DNA of 63,797 nucleotides, the filler included, from Octopus bimaculoides (Eukaryota): the NCBI RefSeq assembly GCF_001194135.2. It is 6 parts of 6 records of this genome, joined end to end, with 100 filler letters (N's around TTAATTAATTAA, not from the genome) between each part and the next. Parts side by side here need not be neighbours in the genome. Positions count along the whole stretch, not along the records: positions 30,963 to 56,371 come from NC_069006.1; 5 more parts are not named here. One strand, written 5' to 3'. Every line of letters begins with the position of its first letter. The stretch's first letter is position 1. The notes below the pieces were generated by a model, which had not been told where the DNA came from, searched no databases, and saw nothing but the letters and a program-made list of their open reading frames with translations. The position numbers and the translations under genes are program-made. Shown here piece after piece: positions 38,480 through 52,925 of this stretch.

Positions 38480-39135
38480 GACTTCTTCACATTCACAGGT
38501 CTCAGCTCTGCTACTATGAACATGTGATTAGTAAGTCGGAAGAAAGAATCACATGACAGATTCTTCAAGCTGAGCCAACCAGCTAGAGACGAAAAGATAG
38601 TCCAAGAATGAGATGGTTGGATGATATCCATAGTCTCAGTTGGTCGTGCTTGGGAATCCAGCCAGAAAGTGTAATGATGGATGCTTATGATAGGACCCCA
38701 TGAAGGAAGTGCCTAAGGATTCTACCCCAACAACTGACAGGAGACCTAGTGATAGAACAAGAATGAGATGGCTGGATGATGTTCATAGTCTTAGTTGGTC
38801 ATTCTTGGGAATCCATCTGGAAAGTATAATGGCCATTGCTTCTGATAGGACCCTACGGAGGAGTGCCTGAGGACTCTATCTCTGTGACTCTATCAAGAAA
38901 AGTGGGCAGAGAAGATGGATGGATAGGAGCTCTTAGTTAGAATAAGCCATTATATTTGGCATTCACTGATCTGGAGAAGGCTCTAGATTAGGTTCCACAC
39001 TCTGTAGTTTGGTGGTTTGCTTAGAAAACTAGGTGTGGATAGATGTCTTGTGAAAGCTGTGCAAGTAACATACAAGGAATTAGTCATAAATGTGAGAGTT
39101 ATTCATGAGTTCAGTGAAGTGTTTAGTAAAATGAA
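38480..39135 (+). mobile_element. RTE LINE fragments: two tandem 3'-end copies (38480-38870) and an RT fragment (38890-39135)
   Basis: QILQAEPTS...PRMRWLDDIHSLSWS occurs twice about 200 bp apart. It is followed by KPLYLAFTDLEKALD.VPHSVVWW..RKLGV. Confidence 0.75.
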
Positions 39136-40079
39136 AGGTTTTGCACAAGAGCACAACAGATCACCTGGTCTGGGAATTGAAACCAGAATCTTGCAATCAT
39201 AAGAGCAACACTGTAACCACTAGGCCACACACCTTCACTAATGATACAATTATTGAGGGTTAATGTAATATCAACTACACTTTAGAATGCAGTACTCCAT
39301 CATGGCCACACTGCAATAACTAAACTCATGAAAGAATACAAGAACTAAAAAGAAAAATCAGAATGAAAACTTACCAAAAAAAACCCCCCTCAAAATACAA
39401 AAAAGAAGGTAAGTGGGGGAGGGGAACAAACCAAAAGAAAAACCAGAAACTAACTCTGGAATTCGACAACACAGAGAAAATATATTTATTTTTAGCTGTT
39501 CATATTTTTTTCTATGACATAAGGGACTTAGCCATTACATGGCAGCCAGCCTCAAGGGTGGATAGATGAGATAAAATTTTTTCTGCTTTCTTTTTTTTTT
39601 TTGTGTGTGTGTGTGTGTGTATCCCCCTCAGTATCTTTCATTTTACTATATCGAGTCTACAGAATAAATAAAATAGAAGAAAAAAAACAACGAAAAAAAT
39701 GGAAAAAGAAAATTAAAAAAAAAAAAACGAAAAGAAGGTTAGCCTGCTGTGAAATAGTAAAAAAAATAAATAAATAAATAATAGAAAAAAAGCTGTGTGT
39801 ATGTGTGTGTGTGTGCAGACAGTAAATTTTAACAGGATGAAGCTTGATTTGATCAATAAAATAAGAAGATTCAGAGAAATACGGCTAGAAATTCTTCTTA
39901 AAGTAATGCTAAAGTAATAGACAAGTGTGAGCAGTGGAAATAATGTTGAAGATGTAGAAATGAGGAGTTTGTCTATTTGTCTATGTAAGCAATGGTATGG
40001 GTTTATGATATCAGATTTAGTGTGGTTTGTTACTTGTTTCTCTCTTTCACCAGTAAGTATTACTTTAAGAATGAAACAG

Positions 40080-40365
40080 TGATAAAAATCATAATAATAA
40101 AAGTAATAGCAATGATGATGAAGATAATAATAATAGTAATAATGATAATAATAATAGTTATAATGATAATGATAAAAATAATAGAAATGATAATGATAAT
40201 AATAAAAAAAGTAATATTGATAATAATAATAATGATGAAAGTAGTAATAGCAATAACAATGATATGGATGATGATAATAATAATAATAGTAATAATGGTA
40301 ATGATAATAATAGTAATAATAATAAGGATAATGATAATAGTAATAATAAAGATGAAGATGATGTT
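40080..40365. repeat. Degenerate (ATA/ATG)n tract
   Basis: Directly visible; it generates the poly-Ile ORF 39992-40396. Confidence 0.85.
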
Positions 40366-40754
40366 GACAGAGTTGGTATTGTTTGGTAAGTATTAAATGA
40401 AATGGAAAAGATTAGCAAGCTTTAACCTTTCAGTAATTCAACTGAAATTACGTCCTGTTTCTATTAATTAATAAATCTTTCTTTATGAGATAATTTGCCA
40501 TAATGCACAATACTGCAACAGTAATAACAACAACAGCAATGATATTAAGAAAAGCTGTAACATGATTGAGGATGACAAGACAACACCCATAAAAGTAGGG
40601 CTATTGGCATCGAAACTGGCAACTCCATAGAGCATGCTGAACAAGAAGAGTGTTGCTTCTATTTGGATACCCTGGAGGATAAAGAAATAAAACCTGTCAG
40701 AGGGTGAATGAAATCAGGAGTCAACAGCCATTGAAGTAGTATTTCTTTATTGTT

Positions 40755-40960
40755 GTTGCTGGCACACTGGACAAAATGCTTAGCAGCCTTTCTTCCAGTT
40801 CTTTAGGTTCTGAGTTCAAATACTGTTGAAGTCAACTTTGCCTTTTTACCCGTTCATTGGGAAAATAAAGAACCAGTTAAGTACTGGGTTGATGTAATTG
40901 ATTTCCCCAGCATCCTCAAAATTGCTGGCCTTGTGCCAAGATTAGAAAGAATTATTGTTT
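40755..40960 (+). mobile_element. SINE family B, decayed (further copies ~41645-41850 minus, ~42170-42320 plus, ~55040-55180 plus)
   Basis: AAATGCTTAGC...CTGAGTTCAAAT...GTCAACTTTGCCTTT...CCAGTTAAGTACTGGG, as in 59099-59336. Confidence 0.65.
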
Positions 40961-41286
40961 CTGGAGTTGCCATTGTTATTAACCTATCTAACCATTATAA
41001 ACTGTATGACCAGCACAGGATGGTAACAATAACGATAAGATTCTCAACACCATAAACTATTGAGACTACCTTTGGTAGGGTTAGACCTACCACAAAGGGA
41101 ATAGGGTCTCTTTAGTCTTGGCGGGCAGCCCCTAGAAGTGGTGTCTTAATAGAGACACTTATGGCTGTAACACTTTAATGTCACAATCCTCTTTATAAGT
41201 GTAATATCAGATAAAAAGAATTATCACAATAGTAATAATGAGCTGGGTCCTCAAGTAAAGGTCTCCTGCATCGCAAATATCTCACT

Positions 41287-41559
41287 TTGCAACAAGAAGG
41301 ACCTGGTTGTTATAAAAATACTGCCGCAAGAATTAAGAGATGGTGGTCTCCAAGTTGTAACAGAATTATTATGAATTGTTATAATAGGAGTGAATTTGCC
41401 AAAATAGCATACAAGAAAAAGATGCATGAAAAATGGATAGAAAAAGACATGTTTACTACAACAGAACAAAGACTTGTACACCAGAGAAATCTAATCATGA
41501 AAGGACAATGGATATCCCAGCTGGAGGTGGAAGACATCTTCGAAATAGTGAAAAGCTGA
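41287..41559 (+). mobile_element. R4/Dong-type retrotransposon N-terminal fragment
   Basis: NRIIMNCY...YKKKMHEKW.EK.MF..TEQRL..Q...I.K.QW.S.LE.EDI is homologous to the N-terminus of the element at 26918-29800. Confidence 0.7.
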
Positions 41560-42559
41560 AGAACATGGTTAAATAGAAAAAAAAAATTGACCAATAAATA
41601 GGAAAAAGACCAATAAATGGTCAGGAGAGAAATAATCTTTTCTTCTCTAGGGAAAAGGTCTGGAATTTTTGTAGGGAAGGGTTTAGTTGATTACATCATC
41701 CCTAGTGCTCTACTGCTACTTATTTTATTAAAGATGAAAGGTGAAGTTGACCTCAACAGAATTTGAACTCAGAATGTTTGGCTGGAAGAAATGCCACAAA
41801 GCATTTTGCCTGGTGTGCTAATTATTCTGCTAGCTCGTTGCATTCAGGAGAGAAATAACAGCCAGGTTTAAAACACAGTTTACTTCATGGAAGGAGAAAA
41901 ATAATACATAGGATGGAAGGAGCTTATTTCAAAATTTAAATAAGACATAGATTAGTGAAAGAATGAGATTACTAGCTTTGAGAAGAATCAATGACTAAAT
42001 AAAGTAATAAAGAGGCTAGAGGATAATGTTGCAGGAAGATCAGGTAATGGAATCAGCTGTAAGCAAACCTGAAGAGAGATGGACTCTGCCAAGACTCATC
42101 CAAGAGACACAAGCTGTCGTAGCAACACCTCTACAAATTTTAGGCCTCGTGCCTACATTAGAAAGGATTGTTATTTCAGTGGCAAGTTGGCAGAATCATT
42201 AATTAGTGCATAGGACAAAATATGTGGTGGAATTTCTTCTAGTTCCTTACATTTCGAGTTCAAAGGCAGCCGAGGATGACTTTGCCTGTCGTTCTTTTGG
42301 GGTTGATACATACACCTGTAGACTTTTAGGCTGAAGGTTTTGAGACCCCGGAGAACACAAAGTTTCTGGTCTAATCATCAGTTGGCAGATGTCTTAGGAT
42401 TAATAAATATTGCCATGGATTATAAGGGAAGGATAGGGGAGAGAGATGAAGAGAGAAAGGGGACAGAGGAGAGGAAGAGGAAAGAGGGGGAGAGTGAAAT
42501 GCAAGAAAATTACTTTCTCCTTGTTTTGTCAAGAACTCCTTTCTTTTTTGTACCTCACT

Positions 42560-42860
42560 TTCTCCTCTCACATGCAGTGACAGATACACAAGAATACACA
42601 GCCTCTCCCTCTATCACATGTCTCTCTCTCACCTGCACACACACACACACACACACGCACACACAAAGACATCCTTTCTCTCCTTCACACACACACACGC
42701 ACATAAAGGTATCCTCCCTCTCCTTCACACACACAGACATCTCTCTCCTTCACACACATACCCACTCCTAGACAGATACTCTCTATCACATGCAATTATA
42801 TATACTCACATATACAGACACACATGGCCATTTACAGTCTGTCTGCCTGCCACCTGTCTT

Positions 42861-42905
<45 letters not shown>

Positions 42906-43099
42906 GAGGCACAGGCCACACACACACACACACACAGAGGCACAGGTCACACACACACACACACACACACAGAGGTTCATTCAGAGACAAATACTCTATC
43001 ATACACAAAGTGACACATACTCACTCTCACATATACAAACAAACTCATATGAACACTTACTTTCACAGACACACATACACACACTTACAGACAGATACT

Positions 43100-43160
<61 letters not shown>

Positions 43161-43440
43161 TACACAAATTCTATCACATGAAATTACATATACTCACTTT
43201 CACATATACAGTCACATAGCCATTTACTTTGTGTGTCTGTCTCTCTCTCTCTCTCTCCCATACACACATAAAGACACTTTCACAGACTGACACTCTAACA
43301 CACAGAGTAACATATACTCACTTTCACATATACAGACGCACTCATATAAACCCTTACTTTCACAGACACACATACACACACTCACAGACAGATAAACTCT
43401 TCTCACTCTCTCTCACACACACACATACATACATAACACT
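42560..43440. repeat. Compound (CA)n/(CT)n block with internal higher-order duplication
   Basis: Spacers such as CTTACTTTCACAGACACACATACACACACT and ATACAG..CACATGGCCATTTAC / CACATAGCCATTTAC each recur at about 300-400 bp spacing. Confidence 0.75.
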
Positions 43441-44156
43441 ATACAATGTATTAAACAACATTTGAAGTCTGTGAATTCTGTGAACAATGTTGATTGATTC
43501 CATCATTAATTAAGTCAGTATGCTGTAAACATGTCAATTTGGAGGAAACATTAGAAAGTATAATTTTAGTTAAAATAACTAAATCAAATAATTAGTATTA
43601 TAATGCAATATAATGTCGTACAATGCATTGTATACTGTAAGGTGTGTGTGTGGTCTTTTTTTTTATCATCTCTAACTAAGTACATTATATTACAGCGTAA
43701 ATTATATTACATTACAGTACTAATTATTTGATTAGTTATTTTAATTATACAATCATGTGAAGTTAGTTAGAGTGAACAATTGAAAAACTAATTTATTCTT
43801 TAAACATTCTGAGTTTTCTATGCTAATCAGTGAACTTGTATAAATTACTTGGTGATTGTAACCTCTTCTTGTTATTTTGTAAAAATAGTGAGGTTTATGG
43901 TTCATTGAGGGTGGTCATGGTATGATCATAGTATGCTGTCTCTTAGAGTTATCCCCTGGTCTTGCTGAAATAATCAAAAGAAGTCAAGGGCTGAAACACT
44001 TGCCTGAGATGGCAGTGAGGATTCTTCTCTGAAGACCTTCTGCTGTTCAGCGCTTTTGAGACTTTCTTACCACCACTTGTGCTAACCCCAGTATTTGATC
44101 TTTAAAAGGGGAGAGGTTGGTCAAAAAAAAAAAAAACCAAACTTGCTATCTTTAAC

Positions 44157-44519
44157 TTGTTTTTCATGCCTATCATTACTGAAATGGGGTTCCTCTGGAG
44201 GGTGTCTGGAGTAACAACATTACAGGACAGGGTGCATAACTTGGAGATCAGGGAACCTCTCCAGGCTGAACCACTAGTTCTTCCCATTGAGAAGTCATTA
44301 CTCTGGCACCACAGATATGTGATTAGAATGTCACAGGAAAGGATTATAAGACAGATTCTTCAAACTGAGCCAACCAGCAGGAGACCTAAGAGTAAATCAA
44401 GAATAAGACCATTGGATAATATCCATAGTCTCATTTGGTCATGCTTGAGAATTCAGCTGGAAAGTGTAATGATAGTTGTTTCTGGTAGGAGCTATGATGG
44501 ACTCAAGTCTTTACCATGA
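44157..44519 (+). mobile_element. RTE LINE 3'-end fragment
   Basis: MGFLWRVSGVTTLQDRVHNLEIREPL...IEKSLLWHHRYVIRMSQERI.RQILQTEPT is an RTE-type C-terminus, homologous to 38480-38870. Confidence 0.75.
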
Positions 44520-44677
44520 CTGACTAACTAAGTGTATATAAGTGGACAATTTTCCATATAGGAAACTGTTCATACAAACTGAAATTCCAGCAGGGATGAT
44601 CTCTTTGTCATAGATTATAATACAGTAAATTCAATACTGTAATACCATAACTTCCATTCTTGGATTTTCTATACATA

Positions 44678-44718
<41 letters not shown>

Positions 44719-45401
44719 NNNNNNNNNNNNNNNNNNNNNNNNNNNNNNNNNNNNNNNNNNNNNNNNNNNNNNNNNNNNNNNNNNNNNNNNNNNNNNNNNN
44801 NNNNNNNNNNNNNNNNNNNNNNNNNNNNNNNNNNNNNNNNNNNNNNNNNNNNNNNNNNNNNNNNNNNNNNNNNNNNNNNNNNNNNNNNNNNNNNNNNNNN
44901 NNNNNNNNNNNNNNNNNNNNNNNNNNNNNNNNNNNNNNNNNNNNNNNNNNNNNNNNNNNNNNNNNNNNNNNNNNNNNNNNNNNNNNNNNNNNNNNNNNNN
45001 NNNNNNNNNNNNNNNNNNNNNNNNNNNNNNNNNNNNNNNNNNNNNNNNNNNNNNNNNNNNNNNNNNNNNNNNNNNNNNNNNNNNNNNNNNNNNNNNNNNN
45101 NNNNNNNNNNNNNNNNNNNNNNNNNNNNNNNNNNNNNNNNNNNNNNNNNNNNNNNNNNNNNNNNNNNNNNNNNNNNNNNNNNNNNNNNNNNNNNNNNNNN
45201 NNNNNNNNNNNNNNNNNNNNNNNNNNNNNNNNNNNNNNNNNNNNNNNNNNNNNNNNNNNNNNNNNNNNNNNNNNNNNNNNNNNNNNNNNNNNNNNNNNNN
45301 NNNNNNNNNNNNNNNNNNNNNNNNNNNNNNNNNNNNNNNNNNNNNNNNNNNNNNNNNNNNNNNNNNNNNNNNNNNNNNNNNNNNNTATATATATATATAT
45401 A

Positions 45402-45437
<36 letters not shown>

Positions 45438-46215
45438 AATGGAGGGATAAAATAATCAATAGTTGAAGGAAGTAGTTGAAGTGTGTCTACGCAATTCTAA
45501 TTTTAAGAAGGGGAGAAAGTCATTGATATTAATATGAAATGAGTTCAAGCTTGCTGATAAAGATTTTGTTTTCAAAATGTTTTGAATTTTCCAAAAGAAC
45601 ATTTGGAATTTAAGGCAAATTTTTTTTCTTACTTTAGTAGTCAAGGGAAGGATTCTGTCTACATTGTCTAGTTTAGATTTCCTGAGTGCTCCAGAATGAA
45701 GACGTGATTCCAAGAGACCTAGTGCGGTCTTATGGCATTAGCATACTAGGCAGTTGTCCATGAGCCTCACTGGCCTAGGGACCCAATTCTGGTACTGATT
45801 TGCCCAGAGGTGTATAACACCGTTAAGAAGGCTCTGATGAGATCTGATCCAACATTTCTACAATAATAGAATCCTTACTCAATCTATTTAAGTGGGAGAG
45901 GTCACCTTAATTTTGAAGCTTATGCTTAAATATAAATTTTAAGTAGAGAAAGAATAAAGTGTGTTATTAAAAATTTAAAAAAAATAATGGACAAAACTGA
46001 AAGAAAGAAAATATGGTATTAGCGTGAGTAGGTGCAGTGTTAGTGAACAATTTTAGACTAATAATTTTGGTGATTTTGTTAATTAATTAGTAGCTAGTAG
46101 TTAGTATTGTGCATAGAATATTTGTATAGTATATGATGAAAACATTTGAATCAATTCCCATCTTAACTAGCCTCAAAAGATGGAGAAACAATGTTAATAA
46201 CAGATCCAGCCTTAC

Positions 46216-46407
46216 CTGGACCTGGATTCTGGTGGCTGTCGTCATATTGGATGGACGTCATTGGTTGGGAGCCTACTTCACTTAGACAAGGAGACGACAG
46301 CCCAGTTTGACTGAAGAAGCTATTCAAAGAAGATGCTAAGTCAGCAAACTGCTCAGGACTTAAAGACCAGTTATTCATATCAGCTAGACGGATGTTTTCA
46401 ACAAGAC
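46216..46407 (-). CDS. Internal coding exon (192 bp, phase 1-1) of an unidentified gene: [64 protein letters not shown]
   Basis: Strong acceptor TCTTCCTTGTTGTTTTTACAG| and donor CCAG|GTAAGG. Length is divisible by 3, only one frame is open, and the sequence is complex and GC-richer than its flanks. Confidence 0.7.
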
Positions 46408-47293
46408 CTGTAAAAACAACAAGGAAGACTGGGATGCTGCATTGAATTCTAACTAATATCATTTTCATGTTTACTTTGTTAGGGTGATCAAAGTAAAAAG
46501 ACATAATGTTGAACAAGCAACTTGTAATTTATAAAAGAAAAAAATATATATAAATATATAGGCACAGGCATGGCTGTGCGGTTAAGAAGTTCACTTTGCA
46601 ACCAGGTGGATTTTAGTTCAGTCCTACTGTCTAACCAATGCCAGCATGGAAAACAGACGTTAAACGATGATGAAGATGATGATGAAATGACTTAATTTCC
46701 CACCATGTCAGAATACGATCTAGGAACTCTGAAAAGATGTAACTAGATAATGTAAGTAAACTAGTATGGCGCCCTCTATTAATCTATCATTCCACACCTT
46801 CAGCATTCCTCCAATCACTGAGGTATTAATAATTTCCTATTGGCAAAAACTGAATTGAATAGCAGTTCAATATTATATTATTGATATATCTTATTTAAGA
46901 TTTCATTTATTATTATCATTTTTTTAATTCAATTTAATAACAAATGTTATAATAAATTTGGATGTTTTTGTTTTTTCTTTTAAGTTTAGTTTCATATTAA
47001 GCCAATATTTTATTTACAACACATACAGAATTACGATTTTTCCCTTCTTTCTCCTCGTCTTCAGCCTCCTTTACACCTCCTCCTCATTTTTTTTCCCCTC
47101 TTCAATATTTGAAATGTTTAACAGTCATGCAGTAATGAGTTTTACTGGATCTGGCTGACTACTTCAGACCATCCCAATTTTACTGTACAATATAAATTAT
47201 ACACATGTAATTTATACTACACACACATATTATATTATTATAATATATATAGATGTTACAGAGTGACTTAAAGGTTGAGAGTTCCATGTATTG

Positions 47294-47340
<47 letters not shown>

Positions 47341-47555
47341 AAGACATCGTGTAATATGTGCAGTGTCTCGTTGTTACATAAGCAGATTTACAGTAAGCTT
47401 AAGATCAATATACAATGGTTTAACATTGCACTGATTGCTATATTGACTGGTTGATTGATTGAAAGTATTTTGAGTCCCTGTTAGCCTGATATACATTGGA
47501 GCCCCTCCAAGTTATTTGCCAGGAACATTTAGATCCCCCACTACTTGAAATATGC

Positions 47556-47870
47556 ATATAGGAACAAGTGTGGCTGTGTGGTAAGAAGCTTGCTTCTCAA
47601 GTACATGATTCTGGGTTCAGTCCCACTGTGTGGCACCTTGAGCAAATGTCTTCTACTATAGCCTCAGGCTGATCTGACCAAAGCCTTGTTAGTAGATTTG
47701 GTAGTCAGAAACTGAAAGAAACCCATCATATATATANNNNNNNNNNGTGTTTGTCCCCCCACCATTGCTTGACAACTGATGTTGGTGTTTATACCTCCCT
47801 ATAATTTAGTGGTTTGGCAAAAGAGACCAATAGAATAAGTACTAGGTTTACAAAGAATAAGTCCTGGGGT
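47556..47870 (+). mobile_element. SINE family A
   Basis: Head GTGGCTGTGTGGTAAGAAGCTTGCTT...GGGTTCAGTCCCACTG followed by the family body; CpGs are lost. Confidence 0.8.
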
Positions 47871-48335
47871 TGTATAAATGTGTATATGTATATGTATACA
47901 TGTATATCTATCTATCTATCTCTCTCTCTCTATATATATATATACACACACACACACACATATATGCACATAAATACATACACATATTCTTCCTTCTCCT
48001 CTCTTTGTGTGTTTGAATCTACCAACTTTCTGCTCTTTCACTCGCATCTTTACTTTAGCTCCCACTCTTAGTCTTACCCAGCTTTGCATTACTTAGAATA
48101 CTTTGCATTACTTTTTCTCAATTTGCCTCATTTTCTCTTTTCATTGATTCCTCTATGTCCACTCCCCCTCTCTCTCTTTCTCTCTCTATCTATCTTTCTC
48201 CTTTCACCATTATCAACACCACTAGCATGACAAAAACAACCAACTGTATGTTTCTCATTCTATTTGTGTTACTTCCCTTAGAATTACTGAAAAGATAGGA
48301 ATGGACTACTGTTTTAATATACAGATAAATTATTT

Positions 48336-48433
<98 letters not shown>

Positions 48434-48514
48434 AATCTATGTATGAAATAAATTTTACTGCACACTTGATAAGATATTGATGATTTTAGAATATGTGTAG
48501 CCACAAGAAAAAAC

Positions 48515-48549
<35 letters not shown>

Positions 48550-49282
48550 CACACACACACACAGATGTGTGTGCGTGTGTGTGTATTAAAAAAATAAAAA
48601 TTAATATTTTTTATATCAGAAAATAGAAAAATGAATATATCATAAAATAAAATAAAAGCATAATTATATGTCCGTAGTCACCATTTAGTAATTAGATTTT
48701 TCTGATAAATTATATTTCTTAATACAATAAATCCTATAACAATAAACTATATATATATATTTTTTTTCTTCTTTTAGTTCTTATTTTAAATTACTTTGGA
48801 GAAGATACAATAAAATTTTTTTTAAAATAAAGAAGAATAAGCAAAAGGTACACACACACACATACACACATACCTACATATATACATACTTACATACATA
48901 TGCACACTCATATACACAGAACACAAGAAGACATACAGATAAAATTATTTAGCATTAAAAAAAATGAATTAAACTACAACCAATATTCTAATTTATATAA
49001 ACCCCACTCCTCTGGAGATGAGATAAACTTGGGGTCAACTTGTAGAAGCAACAACCAACCCAAATTTTGCTTTTCTCTGGAAAAACTGGCAGAATAGTGA
49101 GAACATGGAAGAAAATATCTGAACCTATTTGTTACTATGTTTCTGTTGAAACACACTGCCGTTGTTTAAATCAGAAGCCATGTTAGTCAAATATCTGCTG
49201 GTACAGATCAGTAATCAGTGTTGATGATTGGTACATACTTTATTTTATCAACATCTTCTCTCTTTTCCAACAGGATTGACCA

Positions 49283-49445
49283 GGTGCTTGTGGGGCTGCA
49301 TAGTAAGGTGCTTGTTTCCCAGTTACATGGTTCCAGATTAAGTCACATTGTGTGGCACCTTAAACAGATTTCTTCTACAATAGTCACAAGCTCACCAAAA
49401 CCATGTGAGTGGATTTGGTAGATGGAAACTGAAACAAGGTCGTTG

Positions 49446-49487
<42 letters not shown>

Positions 49488-49670
49488 TTTGTGCCTGGGT
49501 TTGTCCCACCACCACCACTTGATAACTGGTGCTGGTGTGTATATATCCCAGTAACTTAACAATGCAGCAAAAGATACTGATAGAATAAGTACCAGGCTTA
49601 TAAAAAAAATTTAAAATTCGTCAAGGTGGTGCCCCAGCATGGCCATAGTCTGATAACTGAACAAGTAAAG
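49283..49670 (+). mobile_element. SINE family A, decayed
   Basis: Head, body, internal (TG)n and a GGTGCCCCAGCATGGCC...ACAAGTAAAG tail. Confidence 0.75.
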
Positions 49671-50267
49671 CAATAGATACATATACGCACACATACATAT
49701 ATGTGAATTATGAATCAAAAATTATTTATAATCGCTAGTTGTTAAGTTTCTACAAAATATATTACACACACATACAAAATCATGGAATGGTCACAGCTAA
49801 CTGTAACCATTCTGTCTTTCATTTAGACACATTGTATTGACGTTTCCATTCTCCAATGAGTCTTTATTTTTAAAATGATATGCTGTGAAGTGTATGAGAT
49901 TTGGTTGATACTTCTAGCTGGTTGAGTGACCCATACTGGAGTCTGTTTCTTAGTTCAGATCTGGATACTCATAGTGTCTTTGACTGGTGTTGGCTCAATT
50001 AGGAAAGACCTGGGGTTAACAAACAACACTCCGCCACCTCTTTCCCCTCCTCTTCCTACTACTACTGCTGTCGCGACCACTACCACCACTACCACTTTAT
50101 CTCATCACCTTTTAAAATAATTTTTATTCAAAATATTATTTGGTTCACTTCTTGCATTTCATCAGAATATAAAAAAAAATGTAAATAAAATTCACCAAAT
50201 AAAACAATAAAAGGAAGAAAACTATAATGGATAAGTACAGTCAACTTGCTTATAAAATAGAATGATT

Positions 50268-50386
<119 letters not shown>

Positions 50387-50433
50387 GTGTGTGTCTGTGT
50401 ACATATAATTATATATTTTCATATAAAATTAAT

Positions 50434-50473
<40 letters not shown>

Positions 50474-50499
50474 CTATATATATGTACACATACATACTC

Positions 50500-50960
50500 T
50501 TATTATTGTTTTAGTCGTTGGATAGACAGGAGCCAAACTGGGGCACTACCTTATAGGATTAGCCAAACAAATCAAACCCAACATTCCCTCTGAACAGGAT
50601 GCTAGTCCATCGCAAGTCCATTTACAGCTGAATAGACTGCAGCAACATGAAACTTTAAGTTTGGTATTTATTCTATCGAAATCTCACAGATATAAACAAA
50701 CCAACACTGGTTGTGAGGTTCTGATGGAGGGGTGACAAACTCAAATACACAAACACTCAAACATACATGTATACATGCACACACACATACATATAGATAC
50801 ACACACATACATACACATTAGGTCTCTACAAAATTTCTATCAACTAAATTCACTCAAAAGGCATTGGTAGGGTCAAGGTTATACAAGAAGACACTAGCCA
50901 AAGGTGCTATGCTGTGGGGTTAAACCTAAATCCACATGGATGCAATGCAAATTTCCTAAC
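50500..50960 (-). mobile_element. SINE family A, decayed, inverted relative to its neighbours
   Basis: Reverse-complement layout of 49283-49670. Confidence 0.65.
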
Positions 50961-51466
50961 CACACTGCCATTTGCATACACATGTATATATATTTATGTG
51001 TGTATGTATATAATTTATATATATATATATATATATATATACACAATTTATATATATATATATATATATATACACAATTTATATATATATGTATATAATT
51101 CATACATTACATATATATTTATATAATTTATTTATATAATTTACGCACACACACACACACACACAACACTATTTATGTGTGTTCTCAGGATGCAGAATGT
51201 GTTTGGGTAAAGAAACCATGTAAAAAAACAAAACAAAAACAAAGAAGGAAAGGAAAACTGCAAAATTGGTACAGCAGACAGCTGTAACAATGGAACAAAG
51301 AAAGAATGGAAGTGGAAGAATCTTAGGAAAAGAACAACTATCTTTTGGGGTTTCATCACTGTCAGACATTCTCTGTTCCTAATGATAGACTTGTCATAGA
51401 AAATTAGACAAATTATTCTTAGATTTTCAGAAACATTGGCTAAAATTGAAGTATGTAAAGAAATAT

Positions 51467-51497
<31 letters not shown>

Positions 51498-51769
51498 TTT
51501 GTGTGTGTGTGTGTGTATATATNNNNNNNNNNNNNNNNNNNNNNNNNNNNNNNNNNNNNNNNNNNNNNNNNNNNNNNNNNNNNNNNNNNNNNNNNNNNNN
51601 NNNNNATATATATATATATATATATATATAATACACACACACACACACACATATATTTACACATACATATATACGAGAGTGTGAGAACATGAGGGTGTAC
51701 ATATGCATGACCGAAACACACATACTCACATACATAAAGATAAAAATTTGTACGAGATTGCACGAATGC

Positions 51770-51805
<36 letters not shown>

Positions 51806-51885
51806 AGATTGTTCATTTACAAGTATTTTTCTGTATGTGTGTGCATTATACACACACACACACACACACACACATACATGTTGTA

Positions 51886-52370
51886 TAAGCAGACATAGTT
51901 GTATGGTTAAGACACTTGCTAAGTAACCAAATGGTTTCAGGTTCAGCCCTGCTACATGGCATCTTTATACTTTGTGAATATGGTATTGGCAAAGATGTGT
52001 GATAAGTTTACTTTCCAACCACTTGATGTACAGTCCCATTGTATGGTATCTTGGGCAAGTGTCTTCACTAGCCCTGAGCGAGTGAATTGGGTAGATGGGA
52101 ACTGAAAGAAGCCCATTGCATGTGTGTGTAAGTGACACTGTCTCCCTTCTTGACTTCATGCGATAGTTGTGAGTATCACTGTCATGCAAGGGGTATCCTT
52201 TGTTTCCAAACATCCATGAAAAACATGTCTGGCCATGGAGAAATATTACCTTACTTGGGAAACAGGAAAAGCATCTGCCTGTAGAAAACCTGCCTCAACA
52301 AATTCCATGTGATCCATGCAAGCATGGGAAATTAGACATTAAAAACAATGATGGTGATAACAATAACGAT
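51886..52370 (+). mobile_element. SINE family A long variant
   Basis: Family A head followed by a different 3' body (CATGTCTGGCCATGGAGAAATATTACC...). A reverse copy of this variant lies at ~61445-61830. Confidence 0.6.
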
Positions 52371-52869
52371 GTGAACTGTTTGTAAATTTTATCACAAAAA
52401 AAAAAATATGAAATTTCTATGAAGGGATTTGAACCTAGAAGATTAACAAGACAGCAGTTTAAACTAACTACGCCTTTGCCTTTCATGCTTTCAAGGTAGC
52501 AACATAATCTTGACAAGATCACGATAAATGTAGTTTGTTTTATATTTTCTTTTTAACAAAAAAATGAAAGAGAGGACATTTGAAAAACCATTTCCATTCA
52601 AGTATATAGTGTTGGTTTTGTTTTTTTTTTTTGTTATTTATTTGTTTGTTTATTTATCTATCTTTTTTCTTCCAATTCAAAAATTTCTCCCTGGGTTGTA
52701 TTTGAAACACGAAGAAAGATTTTCATCTGTGTTCTGTACAATATCTTAGAGGTAAGTTAAGGTTATATAGATTTAAATGTGTCAGCTAGTACTGAACTTT
52801 TTATGACATACAATGAAATTACACACATACAAAAACGCTCACATATGTATGTATATAGATATATGTGTG

Positions 52870-52925
<56 letters not shown>

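Noticed and set aside
46300-46370. Similarity of [14 protein letters not shown] to the p53 TAD1 motif (PLSQETFSDLWKLL)
   Set aside because: The critical Trp is missing and no other p53-family exon is visible, so no gene symbol is assigned.
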